A stretch of 23,211 nucleotides of DNA from a virus (taxonomy: Duplodnaviria > Heunggongvirae > Uroviricota > Caudoviricetes). How positions within the stretch are numbered: the first letter of the stretch is position 1; every line of letters starts with the position of its first letter. Shown here in pieces: positions 1-13,095 of this stretch. The stretch is from IMG/VR virus record IMGVR_UViG_2563366999_000003, positions 1 through 23,211 of that record. One strand, given 5' to 3'. The position numbers and the translations under genes were made by a program. Under the pieces are notes generated by a model. It was not told the DNA's origin. It searched no databases and saw nothing but the letters and a program-made list of their open reading frames with translations.

Positions 1-418
1 AAGGGTAATGAGGTGCTTTATGACTCTGCCGCCGTCATAAAATGGTATGCCGAAAGGGATGCTGAAATTGAGAACGAAAAGCTGCGCCGGGAAGTTGAAG
101 AACTGCGGCAGGCCAGCGAGGCAGATCTCCAGCCAGGGACTATTGAGTACGAACGCCATCGACTTACGCGTGCGCAGGCCGACGCACAGGAGCTGAAAAA
201 TGCCAGAGACTCCGCTGAAGTGGTGGAAACCGCATTCTGTACTTTCGTGCTGTCGCGGATCGCAGGTGAAATTGCCAGTATTCTCGACGGGATCCCCCTG
301 TCGGTGCAGCGGCGTTTTCCGGAACTGGAAAACCGACATGTTGATTTCCTGAAACGGGATATCATCAAAGCCATGAACAAAGCAGCCGCGCTGGATGAAC
401 TGATACCGGGGTTGCTGA

Positions 419-444
<26 letters not shown>
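1..444 (+). CDS. nu1: Terminase small subunit Nu1, 5'-truncated at window edge (C-terminal ~147 aa)
   Basis: Frame continuous from nt 1 (KGNEVLYDSAAVIKWYAERD...EYIEQSG), stop TAA 442-444. Matches my recollection of the lambda Nu1 C-terminal region. Overlaps the start of A by 26 nt as in lambda. Confidence 0.9.
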
Positions 445-4125
<3,681 letters not shown>

Positions 4126-4145
<20 letters not shown>

Positions 4146-5445
4146 TCTCCCGCATATTGCCAGCATGGCCTTTAATGAGCCGCTGATGCTTGAACCCGCC
4201 TATGCGCGGGTTTTCTTTTGTGCGCTTGCAGGCCAGCTTGGGATCAGCCGCCTGACAGATGCGGTGTCCGGTGACAGCCTGACTGCCGGAGAGGCACCCG
4301 CGACGCTGGCGTTATCCGGTGATGATGACGGACCACGACAGGCCCGCAGTTATCAGGTCATGAACGGCATCGCCGTGCTGCCGGTTTCCGGCACGCTGGT
4401 CAGCCGGACGCGGGCGCTGCAGCCGTATTCGGGGATGACCGGTTACAACGGCATTATCGCCCGTCTGCAACAGGCTGCCAGCGATCCGATGGTGGACGGC
4501 ATTCTGCTCGATATGGACACGCCCGGCGGGATGGTGGCGGGGGCATTTGACTGCGCTGACATCATCGCCCGTGTGCGTGACATAAAACCGGTATGGGCGC
4601 TGGCCAACGACATGAACTGCAGTGCAGGTCAGTTGCTTGCCAGTGCCGCCTCCCGGCGTCTGGTCACGCAGACCGCCCGGACAGGCTCCATCGGCGTCAT
4701 GATGGCTCACAGTAATTACGGCGCTGCGCTGGAGAAACAGGGTGTGGAAATCACGCTGATTTACAGCGGCAGCCATAAGGTGGATGGCAACCCCTACAGC
4801 CATCTTCCGGATGATGTCCGGGAAACACTGCAGTCCCGGATGGATGCAACCCGCCGGATGTTTGCGCAGAAGGTGTCGGCATATACCGGCCTGTCCGTGC
4901 AGGCCGTGCTGGATACCGAGGCTGCAGTATACAGCGGTCAGGAGGCCATTGATGCCGGACTGGCTGATGAACTTGTTAACAGCACCGATGCGATCACCGT
5001 CATGCGTGATGCACTGGATGCACGTAAATCCCGTCTCTCAGGAGGGCGAATGACCAAAGAGACTCAATCAACAACTGTTTCTGCCACTGCTTCGCAGGCT
5101 GACGTTACTGACGTGGTTCCAGCGACGGAGGGCGAAAACGCCAGCGCGGCGCAGCCGGACGTGAACGCGCAGATCACCGCAGCGGTTGCGGCAGAAAACA
5201 GCCGCATTATGGGGATCCTCAACTGTGAGGAGGCCCACGGACGTGAAGAACAGGCACGCGTGCTGGCAGAAACCCCCGGAATGACCGTGGAAACGGCCCG
5301 CCGCATTCTGGCCGCAGCACCACAGAGTGCACAGGCGCGCAGTGACACTGCGCTGGATCGTCTGATGCAGGGGGCACCGGCACCGCTGGCTGCAGGTAAC
5401 CCGGCATCCGATGCCGTTAACGATTTGCTGAACACACCAGTGTAA
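4126..5445 (+). CDS. C: Prohead protease C (S49/ClpP-like), GTG start, 439 aa
   Basis: GTG at 4126 preceded by GAGGAGGAG; product VTAELRNLPHIASMAFNEPLMLEPAYARVFF... matches lambda gpC. The track's upstream-extended ORF from 3991 runs in-frame through the B 3' end and is not the real start. Overlaps B by 20 nt. Confidence 0.9.
4840..5445 (+). CDS. nu3: Scaffolding protein Nu3, in-frame internal start within C (same stop)
   Basis: ATG at 4840 is in frame with C (4840-4126 = 714 = 3 x 238) and gives MDATRRMFAQKVSAYTGL..., the position of lambda Nu3 after applying the window offset. Nested C/Nu3 arrangement is established for lambda. Confidence 0.8.
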   Translation: MDATRRMFAQKVSAYTGLSVQAVLDTEAAVYSGQEAIDAGLADELVNSTDAITVMRDALDARKSRLSGGRMTKETQSTTVSATASQADVTDVVPATEGENASAAQPDVNAQITAAVAAENSRIMGILNCEEAHGREEQARVLAETPGMTVETARRILAAAPQSAQARSDTALDRLMQGAPAPLAAGNPASDAVNDLLNTPV

Positions 5446-5454
5446 GGGATGTTT

Positions 5455-5787
5455 ATGACGAGCAAAGAAACCTTTACCCATTACCAGCCGCTGGGCAACA
5501 GTGACCCGGCTCATACCGCAACCGCGCCCGGCGGATTGAGTGCGAAAACGCCTGCAATGACCCCGCTGATGCCGGATACCTCCACCCGTAAGCTGGTTGC
5601 GTGGGATGGCACCACTGACGGTGCTGCTGTTGGCATTCTGGCGGTTGCTGCTGACCAGACCAGCACCACGCTGACGTTCTACAAGTCCGGCACGTTCCGT
5701 TATGAGGATGTGCTCTGGCCGGATGCTGCCAGCGACGAGACGAAAAAACGGACCGCGTTTGCCGGAACGGCAATCAGCATCGTTTAA
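5455..5787 (+). CDS. D: Head decoration protein D (110 aa)
   Basis: ATG at 5455 ([27 protein letters not shown]...) 6 nt downstream of AGGG; matches lambda gpD. The upstream ATG at 5449 would add MF but has poorer SD spacing. Confidence 0.93.
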   Translation: MTSKETFTHYQPLGNSDPAHTATAPGGLSAKTPAMTPLMPDTSTRKLVAWDGTTDGAAVGILAVAADQTSTTLTFYKSGTFRYEDVLWPDAASDETKKRTAFAGTAISIV

Positions 5788-5804
5788 CCTGACCCTTCAT
5801 CACT

Positions 5805-5829
5805 AAAGGCCGCCTTTGCGGCTTTTTTT
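5805..5829 (+). terminator. Hairpin plus T7 run in D-E intergenic region (intrinsic-terminator-like)
   Basis: AAAGGCCGC-CTTT-GCGGC-TTTTTTT: 5-bp GC stem (5809-5813 / 5818-5822) extendable by A:U and G:U pairs, followed by 7 T at 5823-5829. A second T7 run lies immediately before the E start. Confidence 0.55.
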
Positions 5830-5842
5830 ACGGGATTTTTTT

Positions 5843-6868
5843 ATGTCGATGTACACAACCGCCCAGCTGCTGGCGGCAAATGAGCAGAAATTTAAGTTTG
5901 ATCCGCTGTTTCTGCGTCTCTTTTTCCGTGAGAGCTATCCCTTCACCACGGAGAAAGTCTATCTCTCACAAATTCCGGGACTGGTAAACATGGCGCTGTA
6001 CGTTTCGCCGATTGTTTCCGGTGAGGTTATCCGCTCCCGTGGCGGCTCCACCTCTGAATTTACGCCGGGATATGTCAAACCCAAGCATGAAGTGAATCCG
6101 CAGATGACCCTGCGTCGCCTGCCGGATGAAGATCCGCAGAATCTGGCGGACCCGGCTTACCGTCGCCGTCGCATCATCATGCAGAACATGCGTGACGAAG
6201 AGCTGGCCATTGCCCAGGTGGAAGAGATGCAGGCCGTTTCTGCCGTGCTTAAGGGCAAATACACCATGACCGGTGAAGCCTTCGATCCGGTTGAGGTGGA
6301 TATGGGTCGCAGTGCGGCGAATAACATCACGCAGTCCGGCGGCACGGAGTGGAGTAAGCGTGATAAGTCCACGTATGACCCGACCGACGATATCGAAGCC
6401 TACGCGCTGAACGCCAGCGGTGTGGTGAATATCATCGTGTTTGATCCGAAAGGCTGGGCGCTGTTCCGTTCCTTCAAAGCTGTCAGGGAGAAGCTGGATA
6501 CCCGTCGCGGCTCTCATTCCGAACTGGAGACAGCGGTAAAAGACCTGGGCAAAGCGGTGTCTTATAAGGGAATGTATGGCGATGTGGCCATCGTCGTGTA
6601 TTCCGGACAGTACGTGGAAAATGGTGTCAAAAAGAACTTCCTGCCGGACAACACGATGGTGCTGGGCAACACTCAGGCACGCGGTCTGCGCACCTATGGC
6701 TGCATTCAGGATGCGGACGCACAGCGCGAAGGCATTAACGCCTCTGCCCGTTACCCGAAAAACTGGGTGACCACCGGCGATCCGGCGCGTGAGTTCACCA
6801 TGATTCAGTCAGCACCGCTGATGCTGCTGGCTGACCCTGATGAGTTCGTGTCCGTACAACTGGCGTAA
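5843..6868 (+). CDS. E: Major capsid protein E (341 aa)
   Basis: ATG 5843 gives MSMYTTAQLLAANEQKFKFDPLFLRLFFRESYPFTTEK..., matching lambda gpE in length and sequence. The track ORF from 5816 is an in-frame upstream extension through the terminator hairpin. Confidence 0.95.
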   Translation: MSMYTTAQLLAANEQKFKFDPLFLRLFFRESYPFTTEKVYLSQIPGLVNMALYVSPIVSGEVIRSRGGSTSEFTPGYVKPKHEVNPQMTLRRLPDEDPQNLADPAYRRRRIIMQNMRDEELAIAQVEEMQAVSAVLKGKYTMTGEAFDPVEVDMGRSAANNITQSGGTEWSKRDKSTYDPTDDIEAYALNASGVVNIIVFDPKGWALFRSFKAVREKLDTRRGSHSELETAVKDLGKAVSYKGMYGDVAIVVYSGQYVENGVKKNFLPDNTMVLGNTQARGLRTYGCIQDADAQREGINASARYPKNWVTTGDPAREFTMIQSAPLMLLADPDEFVSVQLA

Positions 6869-6870
6869 TC

Positions 6871-6888
6871 ATGGCCCTTCGGGGCCAT
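6871..6888 (+). other. Perfect 7-bp stem with TTCG loop in E-FI intergenic spacer
   Basis: ATGGCCC-TTCG-GGGCCAT: exact inverted repeat read directly from the sequence, 3 nt after the E stop. No downstream T-run, so not a canonical intrinsic terminator. Confidence 0.6.
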
Positions 6889-6909
6889 TGTCTCTCTGTG
6901 GAGAAGTCC

Positions 6910-7305
6910 ATGACGAAAGATGAACTGATTGCCCGTCTCCGCTCGCTGGGTGAACAACTGAACCGTGATGTCAGCCTGACGGGGACGAAAGAAGAACTGG
7001 CGCTCCGTGTGGCAGAGCTGGAAGAAGAGCTTGATGACACGGATGACACTGCCGGTCAGGACACCCCTCTCAGCCAGGAAAATGTGCTGACCAGGCATGA
7101 AAATGAGGTGGTGTCAGCGCAGCCGGGTACCGTGACTGATACGGCTGATCTGGTCACGGTTGTGGCACTGGTGACGCTGCATACTGATGCACTTCACGCC
7201 ACGCGGGATGAGGCTGTGGCATTTGTGCTGCCGGGAACGGCGTTCCGTGTTTCTGCCAGTGTGGCAGCCGAAATGACAGAACATGGCCTGGCCAGAATGC
7301 AATAA
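6910..7305 (+). CDS. FI: DNA packaging / head assembly protein FI (131 aa)
   Basis: ATG 6910 preceded by GGAGAAG; MTKDELIARLRSLGEQLNRDVSLTGTKEELALRVAELEEELDD... matches lambda gpFI. The track ORF start at 6871 lies inside the hairpin. Confidence 0.9.
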   Translation: MTKDELIARLRSLGEQLNRDVSLTGTKEELALRVAELEEELDDTDDTAGQDTPLSQENVLTRHENEVVSAQPGTVTDTADLVTVVALVTLHTDALHATRDEAVAFVLPGTAFRVSASVAAEMTEHGLARMQ

Positions 7306-7316
7306 CGGGAGGCGCT

Positions 7317-7670
7317 GTGGCTGATTTCGATAACCTGTTCGATGCTGCCATTGCCCGCGCCGATGAAACGATACGCGGGTACATGGGAACGTCAGCCACC
7401 ATGACATCCGGTGAGCAGTCCGGCGCAGTAATACGTGGTGTTTTTGATGACCCTGAAAATATCAGCTATGCCGGACAGGGCGTGCGTGTTGAAGGCTCCA
7501 GCCCGTCCCTGTTTGTCCGGACTGATGATGTGCGGCAGCTGCGGCGCGGCGACACGCTGACCATCGGTGAGGAAAACTTCTGGATAGACCGGATTTCACC
7601 GGATGATGGCGGAAGCTGCCATCTCTGGCTTGGGCGTGGCGTACCGCCTGCCGTTAACCGTCGCCGCTGA
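7317..7670 (+). CDS. FII: Head-tail joining protein FII (117 aa), GTG start
   Basis: GTG 7317 preceded by GGGAGG; MADFDNLFDAAIARADETIRGYMG... matches lambda gpFII. Confidence 0.92.
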   Translation: MADFDNLFDAAIARADETIRGYMGTSATMTSGEQSGAVIRGVFDDPENISYAGQGVRVEGSSPSLFVRTDDVRQLRRGDTLTIGEENFWIDRISPDDGGSCHLWLGRGVPPAVNRRR

Positions 7671-7681
7671 AAGGGGGATGT

Positions 7682-8215
7682 ATGGCCATAAAAGGTCTTG
7701 AGCAGGCCGTTGAAAACCTCAGCCGTATCAGCAAAACGGCAGTGCCCGGTGCCTCCGCAATGGCCATTAACCGCGTGGCCACAACGGCAATGAATCAGTC
7801 GGCGTCACAGGTTGCCCGTGAGACAAAGGTGCGGCGAAAACTGGTAAAGGAAAGGGCCAGACTGAAAAAGGCCACGGTCAAAAATCCGCACGTAAAAATC
7901 ATTGTTAACCGCGGTGATTTACCTGTCATCAAACTGGGGATACGGATCACCGGAAGTCGTCCCAACAGTACGCTACGGGCCGGTCAGCATCGTTATCAGC
8001 GGGCATTTATCCAGCGATTAAAAAATGGTCGCTGGCATGTCATGCAGCGTGTGGCCGGGAAAAACCGTTACCCCATTGATGTGGTGAAAATCCCGATGGC
8101 GGTGCCGCTGACCACGGCGTTTAAACAGAATATTGAACAGATACGGCGTGAACGTTTGCCGAAAGAACTGGAATACGCCCTGAAACAACAACTGAGGATT
8201 GCGATAAAGCGATGA
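7682..8215 (+). CDS. Z: Tail completion protein Z (177 aa)
   Basis: ATG 7682 preceded by AAGGGGGA; N- and C-terminal parts (MAIKGLEQAVENLSRISKTAVPGA... / ...GRWHVMQRVAGKNRYPIDVVKIPMAVPLTTAFKQNIE) match lambda gpZ. The central part looks shorter and different from what I recall. Confidence 0.88.
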   Translation: MAIKGLEQAVENLSRISKTAVPGASAMAINRVATTAMNQSASQVARETKVRRKLVKERARLKKATVKNPHVKIIVNRGDLPVIKLGIRITGSRPNSTLRAGQHRYQRAFIQRLKNGRWHVMQRVAGKNRYPIDVVKIPMAVPLTTAFKQNIEQIRRERLPKELEYALKQQLRIAIKR

Positions 8216-8607
8216 AACATACTGAACTCCGTGCAGCCGTACTGGATGCACTGGAGAAGCATGACACCGGGGCGACGCTTTTTGATGGTCGCCCCGCTGT
8301 TTTTGATGAGGCGGATTTTCCGGCAGTTGCCGTTTATCTCACCGGCGCTGAATACACGGGCGAAGAGCTGGACAGCGATACCTGGCAGGCGGAGCTGCAT
8401 ATCGAAGTTTTCCTGCCTGCTCAGGTGCCGGATTCAGAGCTGGATGCGTGGATGGAGTCCCGGATTTATCCGGTGATGAGTGATATCCCGGCACTGTCAG
8501 ATTTGATCACCAGTATGGTGGCCAGCGGCTATGACTACCGGCGCGACGATGATGCGGGCCTGTGGAGTTCAGCCGATCTGACTTATGTCATTACCTATGA
8601 AATGTGA
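8212..8607 (+). CDS. U: Tail terminator protein U (131 aa)
   Basis: ATGA overlap with Z stop; [54 protein letters not shown]... matches lambda gpU. Confidence 0.94.
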   Translation: MKHTELRAAVLDALEKHDTGATLFDGRPAVFDEADFPAVAVYLTGAEYTGEELDSDTWQAELHIEVFLPAQVPDSELDAWMESRIYPVMSDIPALSDLITSMVASGYDYRRDDDAGLWSSADLTYVITYEM

Positions 8608-8614
8608 GGACGCT

Positions 8615-9355
8615 ATGCCTGTACCAAATCCAACAATGCCGGTGAAAGGTGCCGGGACCACACTGTGGGTTTATAAGGGGAGCGGTGACCCTTATGCGAA
8701 TCCGCTTTCAGACGTTGACTGGTCGCGTCTGGCAAAAGTTAAAGACCTGACGCCCGGCGAACTGACCGCTGAGTCCTATGACGACAGCTATCTCGATGAT
8801 GAAGATGCAGACTGGACTGCGACCGGGCAGGGGCAGAAATCTGCCGGAGATACCAGCTTCACGCTGGCGTGGATGCCCGGAGAGCAGGGGCAGCAGGCGC
8901 TGCTGGCGTGGTTTAATGAAGGTGATACCCGTGCCTATAAAATCCGCTTCCCGAACGGCACGGTCGATGTGTTCCGTGGCTGGGTCAGCAGTATCGGTAA
9001 GGCGGTGACGGCGAAGGAAGTGATCACCCGCACGGTGAAGGTCACCAATGTGGGCCGTCCGTCAATGGCAGAAGATCGCAGTACGGTGACGGCGGCAACC
9101 GGTATGACGGTAACGCCTGCCAGCTCCTCGGTGGTGACAGGGCAGAGCACCACGCTGACCGTGGCATTCCAGCCGGAGGGCGCAACTGACAAGAGCTTCC
9201 GTGCGGTGTCAGCGGATAAAACAAAAGCCACCGTGTCGGTCAGTGGTATGACCATCACCGTGAAAGGCGTTGCTGCAGGTAAGGTCAACATTCCGGTTGT
9301 ATCCGGTAATGGTGAACTTGCTGCGGTTGCAGAAATCACTGTCACCGACAGTTAA
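8615..9355 (+). CDS. V: Major tail tube protein V (246 aa) with C-terminal Ig-like (Big_2-type) domain
   Basis: ATG 8615 preceded by GAGGA (8606-8610); [36 protein letters not shown]... matches lambda gpV. C-terminal about 90 aa (roughly 9090-9355) is Thr/Val-rich, typical of the gpV Ig-like domain. The track start at 8585 lies inside U. Confidence 0.94.
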   Translation: MPVPNPTMPVKGAGTTLWVYKGSGDPYANPLSDVDWSRLAKVKDLTPGELTAESYDDSYLDDEDADWTATGQGQKSAGDTSFTLAWMPGEQGQQALLAWFNEGDTRAYKIRFPNGTVDVFRGWVSSIGKAVTAKEVITRTVKVTNVGRPSMAEDRSTVTAATGMTVTPASSSVVTGQSTTLTVAFQPEGATDKSFRAVSADKTKATVSVSGMTITVKGVAAGKVNIPVVSGNGELAAVAEITVTDS

Positions 9356-9370
9356 TCCGGAGAGTCAGCG

Positions 9371-9793
9371 ATGTTCCTGAAAACCGAATCATTTGAACAT
9401 AACGGCGTGACCGTCACGCTTTCTGAACTGTCAGCCCTGCAGCGTATTGAGCATCTCGCCCTGATGAAACGGCAGGCAGAACAGGCGGAGTCAGACAGCA
9501 ACCGGAAGTTTACTGTGGAAGACGCCATCAGAACCGGCGCGTTTCTGGTGGCGATGTCCCTGTGGCATAACCATCCGCAGAAGACGCAGATGCCTTCCAT
9601 GAATGAAGCCGTTAAACAGATTGAGCAGGAAGTGCTTACCACCTGGCCCACGGAGGCAATTTCTCATGCTGAAAACGTGGTGTACCGGCTGTCCGGTATG
9701 TATGAGTTTGTGGTGAATGATGCTCCTGAACAGACAGAGGACGCCGGGCCTGCAGAGCCTGTTTCTGCGGGAAAGTGTTCGATGGTGAGCTGA
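9371..9793 (+). CDS. G: Tail assembly chaperone G (140 aa)
   Basis: MFLKTESFEHNGVTVTLSELSALQRIEHLALMKRQAEQAESD... matches lambda gpG; stop TGA 9791-9793. Confidence 0.94.
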   Translation: MFLKTESFEHNGVTVTLSELSALQRIEHLALMKRQAEQAESDSNRKFTVEDAIRTGAFLVAMSLWHNHPQKTQMPSMNEAVKQIEQEVLTTWPTEAISHAENVVYRLSGMYEFVVNDAPEQTEDAGPAEPVSAGKCSMVS

Positions 9794-10209
9794 GTTTTGC
9801 CCTGAAACTGGCGCGTGAGATGGGGCGCCCCGACTGGCGTGCCATGCTTGCCGGGATGTCATCCACGGAGTATGCCGACTGGCACCGCTTTTACAGTACC
9901 CATTATTTTCATGATGTTCTGCTGGATATGCACTTTTCCGGGCTGACGTACACCGTGCTCAGCCTGTTTTTCAGCGATCCGAATATGCATCCGCTGGATT
10001 TCAGTCTGCTGAACCGGCGCGAGGCTGACGAAGAGCCTGAAGATGATGTGCTGATGCAGAAAGCGGCAGGGCTTGCCGGAGGTGTCCGCTTTGGCCCGGA
10101 CGGGAATGAAGTTATCCCTACTTCCCCGGATGTGGCGGACATGACGGAGGATGACGTAATGCTGATGACAGTATCAGAAGGGATCGCAGGAGGAGTCCGG
10201 TATGGCTGA
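9371..10209 (+). CDS. G-T: Tail assembly chaperone GT, made by -1 programmed ribosomal frameshift from G into the T frame
   Basis: Slippery heptamer G GGA AAG at 9769-9775 in the G zero frame; the -1 frame is open from there to TGA 10207-10209 (...GKVFDGELSFALKLAREMGRPDWRAMLAGMSSTEYADWHRF...). Arrangement is established for lambda G/GT. Confidence 0.85.
9769..9775 (+). promoter_or_regulatory. -1 frameshift slippery site GGGAAAG (X XXY YYZ) for G to GT
   Basis: Heptamer in the correct register relative to the G frame (codons GGA 9770-9772, AAG 9773-9775), about 6 codons before the G stop. Same motif as the lambda G-T site. Confidence 0.85.
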
Positions 10210-12769
10210 ACCGGTAGGCGATCTGGTCGTTGATTTGAGTCTGGATGCGGCCAGATTTGACGAGCAGATGGCCAGAGTCAGGCGTCATTTTTCCGGTACG
10301 GAAAGTGATGCGAAAAAAACAGCGGCAGTCGTTGAACAGTCGATGAACCGACAGGCGCTGGCTGCACAGAAAGCGGGGATTTCCGTCGGGCAGTATAAAG
10401 CTGCCATGCGTATGCTGCCTGCGCAGTTCACCGACGTGGCCACGCAGCTTGCAGGCGGGCAAAGTCCGTGGCTGATCCTGCTGCAACAGGGCGGTCAGGT
10501 GAAGGACTCCTTCGGCGGGATGATCCCCATGTTCAGGGGACTTGCCGGTGCGATCACCCTGCCGATGGTTGGTATCACTTCGCTAGCGGTGGCGACCGGT
10601 GCGCTGGCGTATGCCTGGTATCAGGGTGACTCAACCCTGTCTAATTTCAACAAAACGCTGGTCCTTTCCGGTAATCAGGCGGGACTGACGGCAGATCGTA
10701 TGCTGGCCCTGTCCAGATCCGGGCAGGCGGCAGGGCTGACGTTTAACCAGACCAGCGAGTCACTGACGGCGCTGGTGAATGCCGGTGTACGTGGTGGTGA
10801 GCAGTTTGAGGCAATCAGCCAGAGTGTGGCGCGTTTCTCCTCTGCATCCGGCGTGGAGGTGGACAAGGTCGCTGAAGCCTTCGGGAAGCTGACCACAGAC
10901 CCGACGTCGGGACTGACAGCGATGGCGCGCCAGTTCCATAACGTGACGGCGGAACAGATTGCGTATGTTGCTCAGTTGCAGCGTTCCGGCGATGGGGCCG
11001 GGGCATTGCAGGCGGCGAACGAGGCCGCAACGAAAGGGTTTGATGACCAGACCCGCCGCCTGAAAGAGAACATGGGTACGCTGGAGACCTGGGCAGACAG
11101 GACTGCGCGGGCATTCAAATCCATGTGGGATGCGGTGCTGGATATTGGTCGCCCGGACTCCTCTGCTGATATGCTCGCCAAAGCTGAAAAGGCTTTTGAT
11201 GAAGCGGATAAAAAATGGCAGTGGTATCAGAGCCGAAGCCACCGGCGCGGTAAAACCTCAGCATTTCTTGCCAATCTCCGTGGAGCATGGGAGGACAGAG
11301 CGAATGCGCAACTTGGGCTTTCAGCCGCCACGTTGCAGGCCGATCTTGAAAAGGCCAGAGAGATGGCAGCAAAGGACTGGGCCGACTCTGAGGCATCACG
11401 GCTGAAATATACCGAAGAGGCGCAGAAGGCTTACGAACGCCTGCAGACGCCGCTGGAGAAATATACCGCCCGTCAGGAAGAACTGAACAAGGCACTGAAG
11501 GACGGGAAAATCCTGCAGGCAGATTACAACACGCTGATGGCGGCGGCGAAAAAGGACTATGAAGCGACGCTGAAAAAGCCGAAACAGTCCGGCGTGAAGG
11601 TGTCTGCGGGCGATCGTCAGGAAGACAGTGCTCATGCTGCCCTGCTGACGCTTCAGGCTGAACTCCGGACGCTGGAGAAGCATGCCGGAGCAAATGAGAA
11701 AATCAGCCAGCAGCGCCGGGATTTGTGGAAGGCAGAAAGTCAGTTCGCGGTACTGGAGGAGGCGGCACAACGTCGCCAGCTGTCCGCACAGGAGAAATCC
11801 CTGCTGGCGCATAAAGATGAGACGCTGGAGTACAAACGCCAGCTGGCTGCACTTGGCGACAAGGTTACGTATCAGGAGCGCCTGAACGCGCTGGCGCAGC
11901 AGGCGGATAAATTCGCACAGCAGCAACGGGCAAAACGGGCCGCCATTGATGCGAAAAGCTGGGGGCTGACTGACCGGCAGGCAGAACGGGAAGCCACGGA
12001 ACAGCGCCTGAAGGAACAGTATGGCGATAATCCGCTGGCGCTGAATAACGTCATGTCAGAGCAGAAAAAGACCTGGGCGGCTGAAGACCAGCTTCGCGGG
12101 AACTGGATGGCAGGCCTGAAGTCCGGCTGGAGTGAGTGGGAAGAGAGCGCCACGGACAGTATGTCGCAGGTAAAAAGTGCAGCCACGCAGACCTTTGATG
12201 GTATTGCACAGAATATGGCGGCGATGCTGACCGGCAGTGAGCAGAACTGGCGCAGCTTCACCCGTTCCGTGCTGTCCATGATGACAGAAATTCTGCTTAA
12301 GCAGGCAATGGTGGGGATTGTCGGAAGTATAGGCAGCGCCATTGGCGGCGGCGCATCAGCGTCAGGCGGTACAGCCATTCAGGCAGCTGCGGCGAAATTC
12401 CATTTTGCGGCCGGAGGGTTTACGGGAACCGGCGGCAAATATGAGCCAGCGGGGATTGTTCACCGTGGTGAATTTGTCTTCACGAAGGAGGCAACCAGCC
12501 GGATTGGCGTAGGAAATCTTTACCGGCTGATGCGCGGCTATGCCACCGGCGGTTATGTCGGTACACCGGGCAGCATGGCGGACAGCCGGTCGCAGGCGTC
12601 CGGGACGTTTGAGCAGAATAACCATGTGGTGATTAACAACGACGGCACGAACGGTCAGATAGGGCCACAGGCACTGAAGGCGGTTTATGACGTAGCCCGT
12701 AAGGCGGCAATGGATGTTGTGACCGGGCAGATGCGCGATGGTGGTCTGTTCTCCGGAGGTGGACGATGA
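10202..12769 (+). CDS. H: Tail tape measure protein H (855 aa)
   Basis: ATG 10202 just upstream of the T-frame stop; very long ORF with coiled-coil-rich centre and Gly-rich C-terminal region, in the lambda H position. Stop overlaps M start (ATGA). Confidence 0.95.
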   Translation: MAEPVGDLVVDLSLDAARFDEQMARVRRHFSGTESDAKKTAAVVEQSMNRQALAAQKAGISVGQYKAAMRMLPAQFTDVATQLAGGQSPWLILLQQGGQVKDSFGGMIPMFRGLAGAITLPMVGITSLAVATGALAYAWYQGDSTLSNFNKTLVLSGNQAGLTADRMLALSRSGQAAGLTFNQTSESLTALVNAGVRGGEQFEAISQSVARFSSASGVEVDKVAEAFGKLTTDPTSGLTAMARQFHNVTAEQIAYVAQLQRSGDGAGALQAANEAATKGFDDQTRRLKENMGTLETWADRTARAFKSMWDAVLDIGRPDSSADMLAKAEKAFDEADKKWQWYQSRSHRRGKTSAFLANLRGAWEDRANAQLGLSAATLQADLEKAREMAAKDWADSEASRLKYTEEAQKAYERLQTPLEKYTARQEELNKALKDGKILQADYNTLMAAAKKDYEATLKKPKQSGVKVSAGDRQEDSAHAALLTLQAELRTLEKHAGANEKISQQRRDLWKAESQFAVLEEAAQRRQLSAQEKSLLAHKDETLEYKRQLAALGDKVTYQERLNALAQQADKFAQQQRAKRAAIDAKSWGLTDRQAEREATEQRLKEQYGDNPLALNNVMSEQKKTWAAEDQLRGNWMAGLKSGWSEWEESATDSMSQVKSAATQTFDGIAQNMAAMLTGSEQNWRSFTRSVLSMMTEILLKQAMVGIVGSIGSAIGGGASASGGTAIQAAAAKFHFAAGGFTGTGGKYEPAGIVHRGEFVFTKEATSRIGVGNLYRLMRGYATGGYVGTPGSMADSRSQASGTFEQNNHVVINNDGTNGQIGPQALKAVYDVARKAAMDVVTGQMRDGGLFSGGGR

Positions 12770-13095
12770 AAACCTTCCGCTGGAAAGTGAAACCCGGTAT
12801 GGATGTGGCTTCGGCCCCTTCCGTAAGAAAGGTGCGCTTTGGTGATGGCTATTCCCAGCGAGCGCCTGCCGGGCTGAATGCCGACCTGAAAACGTACAGC
12901 GTGACGCTTTCTGTTCCCCGTTGGGAGGCCACGGCGCTTGAGTCGTTTCTGGCTGAGCACGGGGGCTGGAAATCCTTTCTGTGGACGCCGCCTTATGAGT
13001 GGCGGCAGATAAAGGTGACCTGCGCAAAATGGTCGTCGCGGGTCAGTATGCTGCGTGTTGAGTTCAGCGCAGAGTTTGAACAGGTGGTGAACTGA
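12766..13095 (+). CDS. M: Minor tail protein M (109 aa)
   Basis: MKTFRWKVKPGMDVASAPSVRKVRFGDGYSQRAPAGLNADLKTYSVTLSVPRWEA... matches lambda gpM. The last base of its TGA stop is the A of the L start codon (TGATG). Confidence 0.94.
   Translation: MKTFRWKVKPGMDVASAPSVRKVRFGDGYSQRAPAGLNADLKTYSVTLSVPRWEATALESFLAEHGGWKSFLWTPPYEWRQIKVTCAKWSSRVSMLRVEFSAEFEQVVN

Noticed and set aside
1-30. cos site (cosN/cosB) or the Nu1 start
   Set aside because: By lambda collinearity the window begins about 100 nt into Nu1, so cos and the Nu1 N-terminus lie upstream of the window and cannot be called.
5816-5842. Alternative upstream starts for E (5816), V (8585), FI (6871) and stf (GTG 19564)
   Set aside because: Each extension runs through the previous gene's 3' end or a hairpin and lacks an SD. 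The downstream starts have SD-like motifs at proper spacing and give N-termini matching lambda proteins. The stf GTG at 19564 would add only 2 residues and cannot be fully excluded.
9805-9830. Short GC stem (GGCGC...GCGCC) about 30 nt downstream of the G-T slippery site as a frameshift stimulator
   Set aside because: Too far from the slippery site and too short for a typical stimulatory pseudoknot or hairpin; the lambda G-T frameshift is not known to need downstream structure.
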